A stretch of DNA of 64,000 bases from contig NW_026262745.1 of the NCBI RefSeq assembly GCF_021869535.1, positions 9,238,001 through 9,302,000 of the forward strand, read 5' to 3'. Position 1 is the stretch's first letter; each line of letters opens with the position of its first letter. The position numbers were made by a program, and so were the translations under genes. The stretch is from Mytilus californianus (taxonomy: Eukaryota). The notes below the pieces were generated by a model that was not told where the DNA came from, made no database searches, and was given only the letters and a program-made list of their open reading frames with translations. Below, in pieces: positions 62,219-64,000 of this stretch.

Positions 62219-63609
62219 AATAAATTACAGTTACATAATGTCTGGTGATGACTCATCAATAGATTGTCACTCGCGGATACGCCGGTTAAATAAATTACTA
62301 AAAATGGAAGAAAACCCGCATATTTTACCCTAGATGGTATCTCTATTTAAGTATAGACTGTATAAATTATAAGTGAAATACAGAAAGTTAAATTAATCAA
62401 AATTTATCTGCAGATGCTTTTTCTTGACCATAAAGAAATTTCCATCAAAGTTGCATAAATTCCATGAAGGTTGACAGAGTTAGTTATGTCTGAAAAACTT
62501 CAAACCAGGACAATCTATTTTTTCTTTTGGTTATTGCATTTTTATTGCAATCCCCCCCCCCCCCTACTACCATCGATTTCTATTCATCCACTATTTGAAG
62601 AGTCTTTTGTATCACCTGCAACAGTACGAAGTCCATTTATCAGTAAAATACGAAAAATTGGGAATTTGTTTTCACTTTTAATTTTGCGCTGGATGCCATC
62701 TCTTGATCGGGATGAAGCTTTTTTGTTAAGGTTTCGTAAAATTCCATTAATTAAAGTTTGATTAAACGTTTTTGAAGTCTAAAATATAACCACAAACTAT
62801 ACCTAAATGTTAACGACATGACGAAGACAGAAGACGGAATGAAAGCTTGCTTTGCTCGCCTTTACGACTTTTGTCGTATGCGCGACAAAAAGGCGTATGC
62901 AGTTGTTTCATCCACTGCTTAAAAAAAAATTGTTTTTTGGTTGTTTTTTTGTTATCAATATTATTGTTATTTCTACTATTATTATTTATTCATTTGTTTA
63001 ATTCTGTTTATGTTTGGGTTTTTTTCAAAAATTAAATCACATTTCCAACACTTGTACTGAGTATGTATAAAAAAAATCTTTTTTATGTTTATTTTTATAC
63101 TAAAATTTGAGTGAGTGAATAAAACTGTAAGAACAGGATCTTCAAATGAAAATGCTTTACAATTGGCCATCGTTTACTAATAACAAGAATACACGTGTTG
63201 TCGTTTTAAACATACCCCACTCATAATTTAAAGTATCGGAAACCAGGAAGGAGGCGTCTGTCAGATCCGAAGATTGTACACATGATACAACCCATCACTG
63301 TTCAGCTGCTGGCTTAATATGAAGTAATTCTGTTGAATGTTATTTGAGAAATATGTGGCAGAAAAGTTTAAGTTCATTTAATATCTTGATAATTCAAAGT
63401 ATTCGCCAACAGATAGTAGATATCTGATAGAACCCTAAAATAAAGGCTCACACATTACAACTGTCAAGCTGTTGATCAAATATGAAATCATTGAGTTAAG
63501 TAGTTTGTGAGAAAAATGTGACCATAATATTTGTTGGTTGCATGGAAGGACGGACAGACGGACACGGTAATTGCAATATAGTCCCAACAACTAGAATGGA
63601 AGTATATAG

Positions 63610-63885
63610 TTATCAAAGGTACCAGACTTATAATTTGATACGCCTGACGCGCGTTTCGTCTACATAAGACTCATCAGTGACGCTCAGATCAAAATAGTTA
63701 GAAAGCCAAAACAAGTATAAAGTTGAAGAGCATTTGAGGACTCAAAATTCCAAAAAGTTGTGCCAAATACGGCTAAGGTAATCTTTGCATGGGATAAGAA
63801 AATCCTGGTATTTCGAATAATTCATACTTTTGCAAACAGTAAATTTATAAAAATGGCCATATAATTGATATTCATGTCAACACAT
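63610..63885 (-). mobile_element. Retrozyme/Penelope-LTR-like repeat, copy 2
   Basis: Homologous to 9497-9715 in opposite orientation; carries a near-intact hammerhead. Confidence 0.65.
63640..63684 (-). ncRNA. Minimal type I hammerhead ribozyme motif
   Basis: Minus strand AGCGUCA-CUGAUGA-GUCU(UAUGU)AGAC-GAAA-CGCGC-GUC-AGGCGU: full core, stem II, 2-bp stem III with palindromic GCGC loop, GUC triplet; stem I has an A-A mismatch. Confidence 0.75.
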
Positions 63886-64000
63886 ATGTATAATATGTAT
63901 AATATTATTTTGGTAACTATCAGAGTTGACCAGATAAATGCATGATTATAATACACATTTTGTTCAGCTTATTTGAATGTAGTATCACCTTAAATTAGAT

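Overview
AT-rich eukaryotic genomic DNA with spliceosomal introns. The repeat content and gene family suggest a bivalve mollusc, possibly Mytilus-like; this is inference, not a database match. The main feature is a head-to-tail tandem array of five + strand HSPA12-type (atypical, EEVD-less HSP70) paralogs sharing intron positions and phases (0,0,0,1). Copy 1 (2523-6486) is 5'-incomplete in the window but open. Copy 2 (16660-29722) and copy 3 (34703-40348) carry stops or frameshifts, and copy 3 has also lost an acceptor. Copy 4 (45672-48880, 601 aa) and copy 5 (54083-60398, 599 aa) are intact as modelled, each with a tiny first coding exon. Introns and spacers hold many mobile elements: Helentron-type non-autonomous elements (HINE-like) with internal tandem arrays, a nested HINE containing a solo-LTR-like element and a long-TIR MITE with 9-bp TSD, other MITEs, Penelope-like and LINE RT fragments, a tRNA-type SINE, fold-back hairpins and minisatellites. 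Two copies of a retrozyme-like repeat carry a minimal type I hammerhead ribozyme motif. No CRISPR, rRNA or tRNA gene is supported. Exon and TSD coordinates were counted by hand; repeat boundaries are approximate.
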